Shown here one piece after another: positions 1-12,473 of a stretch of 64,000 nt of DNA; position 1 is the first letter of the stretch, and every line of letters begins with the position of its first letter. The position numbers and the translations under genes are program-made. Below the pieces are notes generated by a model that saw nothing but the letters and a program-made list of their open reading frames with translations, was not told where the DNA came from and searched no databases. This DNA is from Magallana gigas (Eukaryota), in the NCBI RefSeq assembly GCF_963853765.1, contig NC_088855.1:58094001-58158000 (forward strand), in the 5' to 3' direction.

Positions 1-2492
1 AAATAGATTTCTCCTTCTTTACATGTACAGCCTGTAACGGAAGTATTGGTCCTCATTGTTCCTTGCCATGCCCTAGAGGATACTGTGGGAATCAGTGCAT
101 GAATCAGTGTCGCTGTGATTATTGTAATAGCCAGACCTGTGTGTGTAACAGTAAGTATCTGATAACAAACTTAACACGAACATGCCCAGAGTCTGACATA
201 TGATCGTATTATCGAAGGTTGGTTCACGAGGTATCTCGGAAATCTCACTCTTTGAATTCTGTATGGGTTTTTTTAGATTGGATTTTTATTGATTAGAAAA
301 TGAACTCCCGAGAGTAGTTCAAATTACATCTATCACAAAAAAAAATCATTATGTTACATATGTAAACGTATTCACAATGTTAAAATATCAAGCTGAAGGC
401 AAATGTATAACCCAATGCTTGAAGCCAACCCTTTGATACATTTCCCTGTCATCCTGTGACTCGGTAGGACAATCTTACTATGCAAAGAGTGAAATATTTA
501 GTTTCCTGGAAACAGTTTCACTGATTCCGGTGTTATTCAGGACAGAGATAAAAAATAATCATTTTTGTAATATCAATATGAAGTTGTAGTATATATTGGT
601 AGAAATTCGTAAAATATGTGAAGACTGATGATTTCTCAAATATCAAAAACGATAAATACATCCGAATTAATGTTTAAACCATAACTGTTATGATAGGAAA
701 AAAGAAACTTCGGAAGATATGATGTTAAACATTTGATGATGCAATCAGAAAGGATTCGATTATTTTTCCTAATCTACTTTTTGTTTTTGTTATGTGATTT
801 GCTGAATGAATCATAAGTATGGCAATATTAAGCCACACCCCCTCTTGCCCCGGAAATGGAGGGGACCTTCGCCTTATGAGAAATCTTGTTTATATGATGT
901 CAAAAACACATGACAACATTCATGCGTATCTTTTTTACAAATTGATGTAAGTTTTTCTAATTATTCCAACCAATAAAAAAGTATAATTTTTTTATTCAGA
1001 ATATTTTAATCAAAAACGTTTATTGTTGAGTAGAAAGTTTAATACTATATGTCGTCTTTTAAATAGTAGTGTTAACACCGAAACGACATTCCATCAGGCT
1101 TTTTTCTTTTAAGTATCATTTATACTTTTAGCAAATTATACAATTTCATTAAAATGTATTAAAAAAATGTTGAATACAGTTTTGGTCCTGAATGTAAACA
1201 CCCAAGTTTGAAGTATTCGTGAGCACGTAGTGTCATTAGGTTTTATAGCATGTGAACGAGATGTCAACGCGAAAACATTGTCGGCATGCTGTAATGAGCT
1301 AACGCATTTGTACACAAAAGAAAGAAAAGACAGACATAAATGATGTATTGATGGCCCCAAAAAGGGGTATTAATGACGTTCTAGTTTATTTTTTCTCTGG
1401 CCAGGTGTGAAAATGGTAGTTTATATCTTAAAAGATATTGTTCACATTTATTCTTTTGTATGGAAACTTATCAAGTCCTAAATAGAATATTTTGTCAACG
1501 TAATAAACTATTTTCATATTTTTTATATTTTGTAAACAAACCTGTGTACATGTCTATTCAACATGCTGTAATTTCGTACACTTTTCCCCGCATACATGCG
1601 CAAAACCACACATGTATGAATGTTTTTTAGATATGCATAAGAAACCATCCTTTCTCCTCACATTAATAACCTTTGTATTCAATTAACACCAATGAATAAT
1701 CTGTCGTTTTCGTCACAATGGATTCTTTAATACAGCTCATCATTCTGAAAAAATTTGGGTCGCAAAAATAGCGTTTAATACGGCGTATACAGCTTTAACA
1801 AAAACATAGAGAAGCAAAAATTCATTGATATAGCTTTTTAACAAACAATTACTTAGACTTGTTTTTTGTTTTAATCGGACAAATATAATTTAGTATTCCA
1901 TTAGTCGGATAAACTGATAGTGATACACATGTGATAAAAAATATATTAAATTTTTTAAATTATTGTTTAGTATAATTGATCGAAGATGGCTATCAAGATT
2001 CTATTTTTTTAAATCTTAATCAAAGTCTACCTGGATTCAGCCAATTTATTATTGCTTTTTTATTTTTGTCACGTTTTGATACTCTCCCTCTATTGCAAGC
2101 AAAATCTTACAAAGATTACGCCCTTAAAGTTACAGAGTACAGAAATCTGAAGTACAGACAATATACAACACGTTCGTTATCAAAAAAGTTACAGATTCAA
2201 CAAACAACAGCTGAAGTTGTTTTAAGTAGCTAGGGGGTATATAAAGATTGAATGTATCTCAATCACAGCAATCTAGAATTTGACAGAATATGGTTTGAAT
2301 TTTCAAATGATATACTTCCCAGTAAATATACAATATACCAATAAGGACTTGAACAGTTCAGGCTATGTTGATCGGTTACACCCTTTAAATCAAACTTTAA
2401 AAAATGTCATCTATTTGAAATACCATTGGTTTTAGGAAACGTATACAACAAATGTGGCTGCCTTATTTGCAACAGGTGTTTTAATTATATCC

Positions 2493-2622
2493 NNNNNNNN
2501 NNNNNNNNNNNNNNNNNNNNNNNNNNNNNNNNNNNNNNNNNNNNNNNNNNNNNNNNNNNNNNNNNNNNNNNNNNNNNNNNNNNNNNNNNNNNNNNNNNNN
2601 NNNNNNNNNNNNNNNNNNNNNN
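2493..2622. other. Assembly gap (N run)
   Basis: 130 N bases. Confidence 1.
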
Positions 2623-4264
2623 AGTAACACGTGATGAGAAAGCAAATATGTGAACCATCTTCATAAATGTTAAACTCATTGTTGTTAATCAGGAAGTATT
2701 TCGTAAGGATTTAATCAGATCGTTATTTTATAGTATGGTTATAGTGTAATATTCTTCTCTAGATGAGAGAGAAAACCCAAATCTCTAAAAATCGTTGTGA
2801 AATCGCTGCTGCCCTCTATTGTCCTTTTTAAAATTCGACAAATGTTTCAATTGACGGTATCGGATGATCTAATAAATGAAAGCTGAACTCCAATGGTTTT
2901 TCACTGTAATAGCAATGCTGTTTATACCGATTGTACTTCGAAGACACTACGAGTCATGAACGCTAAATATTTTTGGAAAAATTGGTGGATAGCAAAATAC
3001 ACTCTGATTGACTACATTGCTCTTATCAGCGAATAAACAAGTTTGAGATAAATGGGTGGAATCGCGCGTTACATTACTCAATGAAAAAGTGACAGAGATA
3101 CTGAAACATAAACCCGAGGAACTAACCGATACGAAAGTGGTTTTTTTTACACCTGATATGACCCGATGTGTTTTTTTGTGATTGTCAAAAAATACTATAA
3201 GTGGAAAATATACCACAACATAATGATTGTAGGCTATAGAGATGAACATATTTTTAATTTTTACGTAATTTTTACGTAATTTTGCACTCTTAAAATGCTT
3301 TCCCTGTACATATGAAACGTGGTTTAAATGCAATACTGAGGTCAAAAAATATCAAGCAAACTTTGTCATTAAAATATTTTAAAAGTGTTTCTATATACTA
3401 TTAAATTCTATTTCAATTTTATTTTTATAAATGAGTTCATATAATGCATATAGAGATAATAATACCGAAAACTGAAAATGCATTGAAGCCGCTTTCAAAT
3501 GATAATATTTTTAAATATCCGAAACTAAATCTATCCTTCTTAAAAAAAACTAATAGAAGCTGCAAGCTGAAGGTATGAAATCATTATTTAAGGAATGAAT
3601 ATAATTTCTACCTATGTTATACGATATAACATAACTTGGGGCAGTTTACGCTTTATAAACCGCGAAGCACCTCTAAGTATAATTATTCTCGTCTCCTTTG
3701 TGTTGAACATTTGTATCTTGCTGATAAGAAAATGCAAGATAAAATTGAGAAACGGAGAGCAATAAAAAGAAAAGTTTAAAAAGAGGATTATTTTCTCGAT
3801 GAATTTTGTAAAACAAACCTAATCACTAAAATTCAAAACTTTGAAAATTTTATCAAATAGTACAGTAACTGTAAAATTGTTTATAAATGCATTGAATGTT
3901 GGCTTATTTCTTATATTTCCCATAAGAAAAATAATACAACGTTTTAAAGGAAATAATGATTTATTCTGAAATCGAACGATTTAGACAAACAAACCAAATA
4001 AAACATCTTTTATGCTATTAGGATTATTTTTATTTGTCATAATTTGTTTATAATACCAATATCATATCAATTAATATTTTTTCATTCAAATATATCTTAA
4101 AATTTATTTTAAGCCATTGTTTAACTATTAAAAAAATTAAATACCTTAGTATATACTCTTTCAACTTATTTATTTATAAAATATGTAAGTTATAAATCTA
4201 TCTTATTGCAAAGAACATAGCATTACAATCCTTAATATCAACTTTTATAGGTTATGTTTTAAAT

Positions 4265-4800
4265 GCATTGATGGTAACCTAACAACAAAACTTTAAGATA
4301 AACGCGATCCTTACTTATGTAGCAATATACCTTCCTCTCCTGCATATGGTGTTTTTGTCTCTTAGTTGATTCGATACGCAAGGGCATGCTCTTCGTATGA
4401 ACAGTTTCTAAGGCGAGGCAAGCTACTGACAAACAAGTTGATAAAACATGACTATCAACAGTCTCGTTTGAAGTCATCTTTTCGTAAGTTCTATAGTCAA
4501 TACAACCACCTTGTCAGCAAATACAATCTTCCACTGGGTCGCATGCTGACTGAGGTTATTCATACTAATTGTTAGACCATAATCAATCATCAAATTGTCA
4601 ACGCACTTTTCCGAATTTTTTTTCCCCGATTACGACAAAGAGCACACGGCGGGTGTGACCGGTCAGCAGATGATTCTTAGTCCTCCTAGGCACCTGATTC
4701 TACCTATATCTTTTTGGGGGTCCGTATTGCTCTGCTTTGAATTTGTATTTCGTTTCAGGGATTTTTGAGATGGCTCACGGTTTGTTATTTTCATTTTTTC
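4265..4800 (+). mobile_element. 5'-truncated, decayed retroelement: C-terminal part of a Penelope-type reverse transcriptase plus 3' tail
   Basis: Reads TKL*DKRD..PYLCSNIPSSPAYGVFVS*LIRYARACSSYEQFLRRGKLLTNKL...SFRKFYS...TNC*. The SNIP..PAYGV..SQLIRYARAC block is typical after the RT core of PLE-like elements. It has in-frame stops and is followed by a GC-richer tail (GGCGGGTGTGACCGGTCAGCAG...GGCACCTGATTCTACC). Confidence 0.7.
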
Positions 4801-5261
4801 ATGCCCCTCATTATTCATACCTGTTATGTAATGATTGATAAATTAGACTTTAAGTGTAATATTGAGCATTCTTTTGAAGGATAAATTCTTCAGACTCTTT
4901 CATGACAGATTTGCAGGAATGTAATGATGTCAGATCAACAACTACCAAGCGTTTTGAATACGAATTATTATTATTAATCGGCTTAATTCTGTTTTCTCTT
5001 TAGCAGCTTTTCTTTGTTGGCTTTATAAAGGGTAAATGTTAATTTATAGCATAAATTTCATTTATATAACACACTTGAGAAAAAGAGGCTCATGGAAGTT
5101 AACTGTTCAGGTGAGTATTCATTTATCTTTTACAACTTATTTGTATAAATTTAAGAATAATATATATTAGATGTTTTTCTTTTTCATCACAGATATAACA
5201 CAAGAAAATTACGTCAAATATGATATGATAAGGTTATCACAGTCAGTCCTATACGATGATA

Positions 5262-5297
<36 letters not shown>

Positions 5298-6629
5298 TGA
5301 AGATACACACGGTATAAACACGTGTCAATATGGATAAACCAAGACCACTCGGATCGGACTATAACTTAAAAAGTAGCTTTTATAATGAATTACGATATAA
5401 TTCATGACTGGAAAGAATCACCAATTTTAAGAATCTACTTGACAATAATTTGAAAATGCCAAGTCCTGTACAACTACAGATGAACAGTCTTTTTTACTTT
5501 AAAATTATTATTCTTTATTTGCTCGAGCTATACAGACATATACAAACGTTGTCCAGACATTTTGACTATTTGCAGTTTTAATGTATTTCAAAGTAGTAGG
5601 ACAACTTGTAGTTTTGGAAACACTAGTTTTGTAGAATATGATAACCTCGACGCATTCAGTCCTAACAATAATCAATTAAACTACTTTCTTTTCTTTTTTT
5701 CTTTTTCATCTTTCTTTCCTCCTTTTCTAGCTTTATCACCGGTGTGAGATCGGTTTGTCCAGTGTACGACATCAGCGTGAGATTTTTCTGTCTTACATTG
5801 TGTATTAGTACGCCGCTTTAAATCGGTGTCTGTTGTAGAGAAATGCAAAATGATGTTTTGAGATTATCCATTGAGTAGTTGTTTTGCTTAATTCATCACA
5901 ATTTATCATATTTTTTAATGAAATAAATGTTGTATACTCTCATTTTGACTTGCACTATTTGAAGCACGCGGATGGATAAGCAACAGGAAATAATCATTAT
6001 ATACTCGTATATTCGTCACCATTTACACCTGTTTAAAAATAGCAATTGAAATTGTAAAAATATTTTAAAGTAAAATATAAAAAGTGGTGCTGCTATTAAA
6101 ATATGTATTAGCAAACACTATATATTTCACACTATATATTTCACCGACACCAACTGGTGTTTAATAAGTTCACCAGATATATCGGTCAGATAGTTGCTGC
6201 CACTTCGTAAATCCTTAAGAAAATCTTAACAGTAAATCAAGTACCAAATCTCCACGCGCTCGCCTTAATTCTTCCTCCGACGTCTTTAAAAAAACGGAAT
6301 TAATTATTTGCAGAAAATTTACCCCTTATATGTTAGACCAATACGCAATGTTGGATTCAAATTACTGAACAATTAAGAGAAATGCTGCTCCCCTATCCCC
6401 TCAACCAAAACCACCATCACCACTGACCCCTAATGTGATTTATCTATCACGAAGTTGAAAAGTACTGAAAACAAATTAACTATCAAACATTAAGCAATAT
6501 TTACGTACATGTAGCAATCGATAATACATTTGAATTAACCCTCTAATAGTTAAATCATAACATATTATAATATGCTAGAGTTACAATGTAATGGAACAAA
6601 ATTTTCCTTAAATAAATGATACATACTCA

Positions 6630-7480
6630 GCAGCTCTGTCAGTCTGACTTAACCATGGTGACGTCAACGTACGTAACAGAACTGATACACCAACACCGTA
6701 TTATCTTTCTATAATAACGCTCAAAACAGAAATTTAGAACAGGTGGGGGTTTTCCTGTGAAAGATACATAAACACTTTTAGTGAGATTTTATAGTATTCA
6801 TATTTAATGAAAATGTATTTACAAACACTTTTCTAAATATCCTCCAGTTGAAAACAATAACAAATAAACTGTACTTGGGTTGTCAATCTTTATGACGATG
6901 ATTTTTTTTTTATTTCTGGACACCGTGACGGACAAACCAAACCAGCTATAGAACCAAAACCAAAACATACGTGAGGGTAAAGCAAAGTTCAACTCATCAC
7001 TGAACATTTTGATTTTTACAATGAAAGATATTAAAAACGTTTTTATGGACTGTTTAAAATATTTCTAACACATGCATCTTTTAACGGATAGAGATTCACA
7101 GGGGGTTGGGGGGGGGGTTGGGGTCGATAGTCTACTTTGACGCCACCGACTGCAATGAGCTGAATCAAAACGTGGTGATGACCCTTATTATAGCCGGTGT
7201 GTTATGCCTTGTCGCACTCTCCTTTATCGTAGTCAGGATATACAGATGGGATATAAAGTACTACATACATGCATGCAAGTACAACAAACTCACTTCTCTC
7301 CCGGAAACATGCGTGAAGTCTTCCTCTACGATATATTCGTCGCATAAAACACACGACACCTGAAATGGATCATGGCGGAACCGATCGAACTAATCGAACA
7401 TAACTACAAACTCTGATTGCACGAAAGAGATATCATTCCAGGCGTTCTTGAAAGTATGGATTTCAGTCGCAATTTCTATT
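6630..7480 (+). pseudogene. Toll-like receptor pseudogene: promoter/5'UTR homology joined directly to the LRRCT end, TM and partial TIR
   Basis: 6630-7100 aligns to 18210-18770. 7130-7478 aligns to 20465-20835 (DATDCNELNQNVVMTLIIAGVLCLVALSFIVVRIYRWDIKYYIHACKYNKLT...). The LRR ectodomain is deleted, the TIR part has nonsense changes (TAC>TAA, TGT>TGA) and deletions, and it stops early in TIR. Confidence 0.85.
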
Positions 7481-8979
7481 TTTTTTATACTATTATTATG
7501 TTGATGAATAATGGTATTTTTTGTTTTAACAAATCTCTGCATGGTTAACAGGCAAATGTTATCTAATAATTGAATGTAAAAATCTTTCATGAGATGCGTG
7601 AAAGAAAAACATACAATTCGTTTATACCGCCTCATTGTGTAAATAAGATGCATATAATATGAATATGAATTCCTGTGTTCCTTAAAAAGAAGATTAAATA
7701 CAATAAGAGCTTGTAAATAGTGTCCAATTATACAAATATCTAGCAGTCTATCTTCATTTTGAATTCCTTTGTATAAAGCGTTGCATAATCATTTACCTGT
7801 GTGAAAAGTTGTGGTTAAATAATGGATCGCAGATGTTTTCTGAATAGTTCCTTTGGTACCTTGAAACATATATTTAACATATAGTTGTTTAAATACATGT
7901 AAATACATCAGTTGATATAATGAATTTGTTAAAAGTTTATTTTACTTTATAAATTATAATTTTAAACCTATTTATTCAAACAGTAATCATAACTTCAGTA
8001 TAAAATACTTAAAAATTGTATGCAAACAAGAGCTACTTTTTCACATACTTGCCGTCAACTGAGTAGAAGAGTATGATAAAATCAATAAAAAAACACGCAA
8101 AAGAACTTGACTAAAATGAGACACTGTACCAACTCAGTACTCACTGGTCACAGGACACCCCTGGAGACTAACACTGTACCATCTTAGTGCTCACTCGTCA
8201 CAGGACACCCGTGGACGTAGTAAACGATTTAGAAAAATAGGCACTTTTTTAAAACAAGCTGACCAGATTACGAAATGGTCAGGTTACAACAATAGTTTTT
8301 CTCAATAGTTTCCTAAGTGAATCAACAAAATCAAGAAATAAACATCTAGTTAGAGTTCCATCAACAAAGACAGCTGCTTACTGGTTACAGTACACCCGTG
8401 GACGTGATAGCAGCTCTCCTTGGAACAGTTACACCGATTCTCACACCGAGCTCCGTATGAAGGATGACGACAAGGGATTTTGCAGTTGATATCATTGTTT
8501 GGGTTAAAGTATCCTGGGGGACATTCTGTAATTTAATAGCTGGCATTGGTGTGTAGTCATAAAGTTTATATATCCACGTACACTTCTATTTCTCATTTTT
8601 CTTACTACATATATGATACATTTTCCCTAGTACCAAAAGAAAATATGGAGAAGAGTTAGTGACTGTTGAAAAATTTAAGTTAGTCAAAGTTCATAACTTT
8701 CATTTCTTGAAGAATCAAAGTACTGAAGAACTGACGGGAGTTGATTTTGTCGATGTTTTTAATGATATGTTATTTTGCATGACAAGGACATGTATACGTA
8801 GTTTCTAATATATATTTTTTTATAATATGAATTTTTGAACTTTTTCGACTAGAATGTCGAGAAACCTCCATATGAATCATGTTAAATAATATTTAAAGAT
8901 AAAATTAATTCAATCAAACTATGTATCAGTGGTAGAAATATTTCTCGAAAATTGTATGGATCCAAGCAATATTGAACTC

Positions 8980-9068
8980 TAGTCTCGTCCAACCAAACGC
9001 TCGGCTGACACCGTAAATCTCCGACAAGGGTTTACGGAGACAGTTGAGCGTCGAGTTGAACGAGACTA
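8980..9068. mobile_element. 89-bp hairpin MITE with 10-bp target-site duplication
   Basis: TIR TAGTCTCGT..C AAC / GTTG..ACGAGACTA. TATTGAACTC is present on both sides (8970-8979 and 9069-9078). The interior is also self-complementary. Confidence 0.75.
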
Positions 9069-12056
9069 TATTGAACTCTGGCGTAGGAATACATACGACT
9101 ACAAAGAATATTTAAATTGTTCGTACCATTTAAAATCTGACTATGTTTAAGGTATTTGTAAATAAGTTTCCTTGAAAAACAATGCTTTAGCATACATTAC
9201 ATCGAATTCATCAATTATTTTCAAGAACTAAGTCTTGTCAGGAGCAATGATTTGTGCTGAGGTCCAAACACTGTTTTACTTTCGGTTTGTCCGAGTGACT
9301 GCATAGGAGAGTTGATTAAAAATCAACTCCCAAAAAGAGTATGTGATTTAAATAAAAACAAAAATAAACTTTTCTTTACACAATTCTTTTCTGAGTAGAA
9401 ACAAATAAAATCCTTTGATTTTACAAACGGTTTTCAAAAGCTCTGTTAAGCAATTTAAATAATTAATTTAATTCAAATATGTTAACATTGTTCATTGAAC
9501 TCTTATCTTTTAACTTTAACTATGCGTGAATAATATCGTAGCCAAGCAAAACTTTAAGAACGTTGGGTAAACGTATTCTATAAATAGCAAACGGTAATGT
9601 TATATATTTTTGCTCATTTTATATGATAAACTAAAAAAAATTATTTTTTATCTTATTTGATTTCTTTAAGACAAAGAAACTAATTGTTAAGACTTCAAAT
9701 TTTGTATGTAAGATCAGCATAATTTGAGGGGGGGGGGGGGGTGATTTTTAGCTCAACATCATCATAGTGCATTTATGATAACTGAAATTTATCATTTTAA
9801 TGATCCATTTGTACCATCTATTGTTGCAATATTCTACACAAATAAGTATAAGTATAATTAAATTTATGGTACCCATTTTGTTGTTTGATATGATCTCTAT
9901 TTAAACTAAATGGTACAGTTTTGTGTTTCTTACCTCTAATATATAGAATAATACACATCAGATCACATATAAAATGTTAGCTTTTGTAGCATTTTGATAA
10001 TCTGTTTTTCCAGGGCAGAAATTGCAATAATTTTCTATTGTATGTTTTTTCCTCCAAGATACTAAAGTAGGACTTCTTAGATTGGTTTCATTTTTTAGGG
10101 TCTTCTGCCAAGAATGTTATCATGTTAAAGTTGGGGGGGGGGGGGTTCAGTAGAATGTGCTGTATAAAATGTAGATAAGACAAAAACACAGAGAAAAAAT
10201 ATGTTCCTATAATATTCATTGAATTAAAATGTTCAAAGATTACCGTTAGGATGGAAACAAATTATGTTGTTTTGAATACAATAAAAAGCTGACTCGAATA
10301 ACATATTGGTATTGTTAATAAATTAACGGTATGCAAGCTAAAATTGTTCTTTTTTAAACCTTATCCCTCTGGTGTTTCAATTCTTATTTTGATTATTGAG
10401 TTCATATTTTTGGCATTTTTTGGAACAGTATACGTATATTTAGTAAAATAGATTCAACAAAGCCACATATTTTACTCGTTACCTGTGAATTTCGACACTA
10501 ATGTCGTGAATACCGATTTTTGGCAGCGGACAATGTATAAATTTGTCTGATATAATGGCATATATTACATTTAACTCTAGATTGTAGTTCAATATTTTCC
10601 AATTACATTATGATATATGTTAATAATAATAGTTTCTGCTACTATTTTCTAGTATAGTAGACATTTTAGCTACTAAAAACTTTAAGCTAAGGAAATATCA
10701 GAAATTATTCTATGGGACTCACTTAATGAATACAGTAATGATAGAACCCTTCTCCTATTTGTTTTAGAATTTAATCGTTTGCAATATCTAAAAGCAATTA
10801 AGCTTTTGTACGGTTTTTCAAAAATGTCTTACTCGGACACTCAATTTTTGTATCCATGATTTTTTTCAACTTCGTGTCTCATGCACCCAATATTTTGTCA
10901 GGAAGCTCTAAAATGCACCATGTTTGGCATGAAATACTAGGAAAAAATGTATTGGAATTAATCACTTTTTATAACAGCCGCAAATTTCACATGTTTGTGA
11001 AAGGACCAAACGTGTTCACAGGAAGTCCCACGAAATTAATCCTTTGCGACTAAATAAGCAATGTTTAGAAATACTAAATTGTGATGATTAATTTGATTCG
11101 ATTGCTATATAGATAAAATGGTCATTTTCATGAACTTATATAAATTCTTTATCAGATGTTTCATTTCTTTTCAATTATGTCACCTGTGTACAAAATGATT
11201 TGAAAACAACATTTGAATTAATATTTTTACTGGAAAATTGACTGTAACTAAGCAATGGTTTCTGAGAAACAAAATCTGGGAACATTTTTGATAAAAGCTA
11301 ATAATAATAAGATATATCAGAATTTTGAGTTGAAGTTTGAATAGAGTCAGTTTTAAAATTCTATCATGAGCACTGTTCAAACCTTTGATGAACATCCCAG
11401 TTTGCTAACCTATACGATCTATATAACAAAGCAAAACCAACCAGCGGATTTCTAACAACAACCAAAGGAGCCAATTCAAGATGAGTATCAGCGTAAAAAG
11501 TACCATTTAATTTATAACATGACTGTAAAGTTAACTTTTTCCTAAACTCAATCGCAAATTATTTTTGTAATCATATGGTTAATTTGAAAGATGAAGAGTA
11601 AGGTAACCTACCCAGGTGGCCCGCAAATAGATTGACATTTTCCTAAACTAAGTAATGCCAACAATGCAACACAGTTTAAGGATTTGTGAACATATGCCAT
11701 ATTCTAGTATCATGATGTTTTAAGTTAGCATTTTACAATTTTAAATGTGTGAAATTTCCTAACAGGAAAGCAGTGATGTGAGATAATTAGCAATTTATTT
11801 TTGCAAACTTTTACGAGTGTTGGTTGGCTACACGAATCAACACAAAATAATCATATCTGGTATCGGGAATATCTGTTGTTCCGCTAAATCGGGCGATTAA
11901 TTATAATATAATTTATTATCACATGATTAAACATATTGAAACAGCTATCAGATATTTTGTCGATCAAGCCGGAATTAAGAACGAGGAAATGTTTAATACC
12001 TTTGGGAGGAAGTTTTCATGTCATTAATTGTGAGATCACTTAAAATAAATAGCTGG

Positions 12057-12059
<3 letters not shown>

Positions 12060-12137
<78 letters not shown>
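12060..12137. repeat. (TA)n microsatellite
   Basis: About 39 uninterrupted AT units. Confidence 0.98.
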
Positions 12138-12138
<1 letters not shown>

Positions 12139-12186
12139 TTAAATAAATAAAACAGAATGCGACAGTCCAAATTAAATAAATTGTTT

Positions 12187-12225
12187 ACTGTTAGCGCTTT
12201 CAGCCATGTCGGCTCTTCAGACAGT
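12187..12225 (-). ncRNA. Minimal type I hammerhead ribozyme motif (mirror copy)
   Basis: Reverse complement of the motif at 12234-12272. Confidence 0.65.
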
Positions 12226-12233
12226 TTTGTAAA

Positions 12234-12272
12234 ACTGTCTGAAGAGCCGACATGGCTGAAAGCGCTAACAGT
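12234..12272 (+). ncRNA. Minimal type I hammerhead ribozyme motif
   Basis: ACTGT (stem I) - CTGAAGA (core) - GCC gacat GGC (stem II) - T - GAAA - GCGC - TA (palindromic AGCGCT stem III, CUA site) - ACAGT (stem I'). There is one extra U before GAAA relative to the canonical core. Confidence 0.65.
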
Positions 12273-12334
12273 AAACAATTTATTTAATTTGGACTGTCGC
12301 ATTCTGTTTTATTTATTTAAGTATTTTTTGCTGT

Positions 12335-12473
12335 NNNNNNNNNNNNNNNNNNNNNNNNNNNNNNNNNNNNNNNNNNNNNNNNNNNNNNNNNNNNNNNNNN
12401 NNNNNNNNNNNNNNNNNNNNNNNNNNNNNNNNNNNNNNNNNNNNNNNNNNNNNNNNNNNNNNNNNNNNNNNNN
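12335..12473. other. Assembly gap (N run)
   Basis: 139 N bases. Confidence 1.

Larger units (their letters stand above)
31..5407 (+). pseudogene. Upstream, degenerate copy of the EGF-repeat single-pass receptor gene (5' part lies outside the window)
   Basis: Exons 31-150 (ACNGSIGPHCSLPCPRGYCGNQCMNQCRCDYCNSQTCVCN), 4909-5031, ~5079-5110 and 5193-5407 align exon-for-exon with the intact copy at 15054-17738. Lesions: frameshift giving TAG at 5001-5003 in the TM exon (123 vs 118 nt), acceptor AG not at the homologous position at 5077-5078, and CAA>TAA at 5315-5317. Confidence 0.8.
12135..12324. repeat. 190-bp near-perfect palindrome (94-bp arms, 2-nt centre at 12229-12230)
   Basis: Position x pairs with 24459-x throughout 12135-12228 / 12231-12324. 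The ORF track gives almost the same peptide on both strands. Confidence 0.95.

Noticed and set aside
2947-3345. 132-aa minus-strand ORF
   Set aside because: No recognisable motif or splice support; it lies in an intron of the dead receptor copy.
4645-4715. HDV-like ribozyme in the retroelement tail
   Set aside because: Could not build the nested P1/P2/P3/P1.1 double pseudoknot convincingly by eye.
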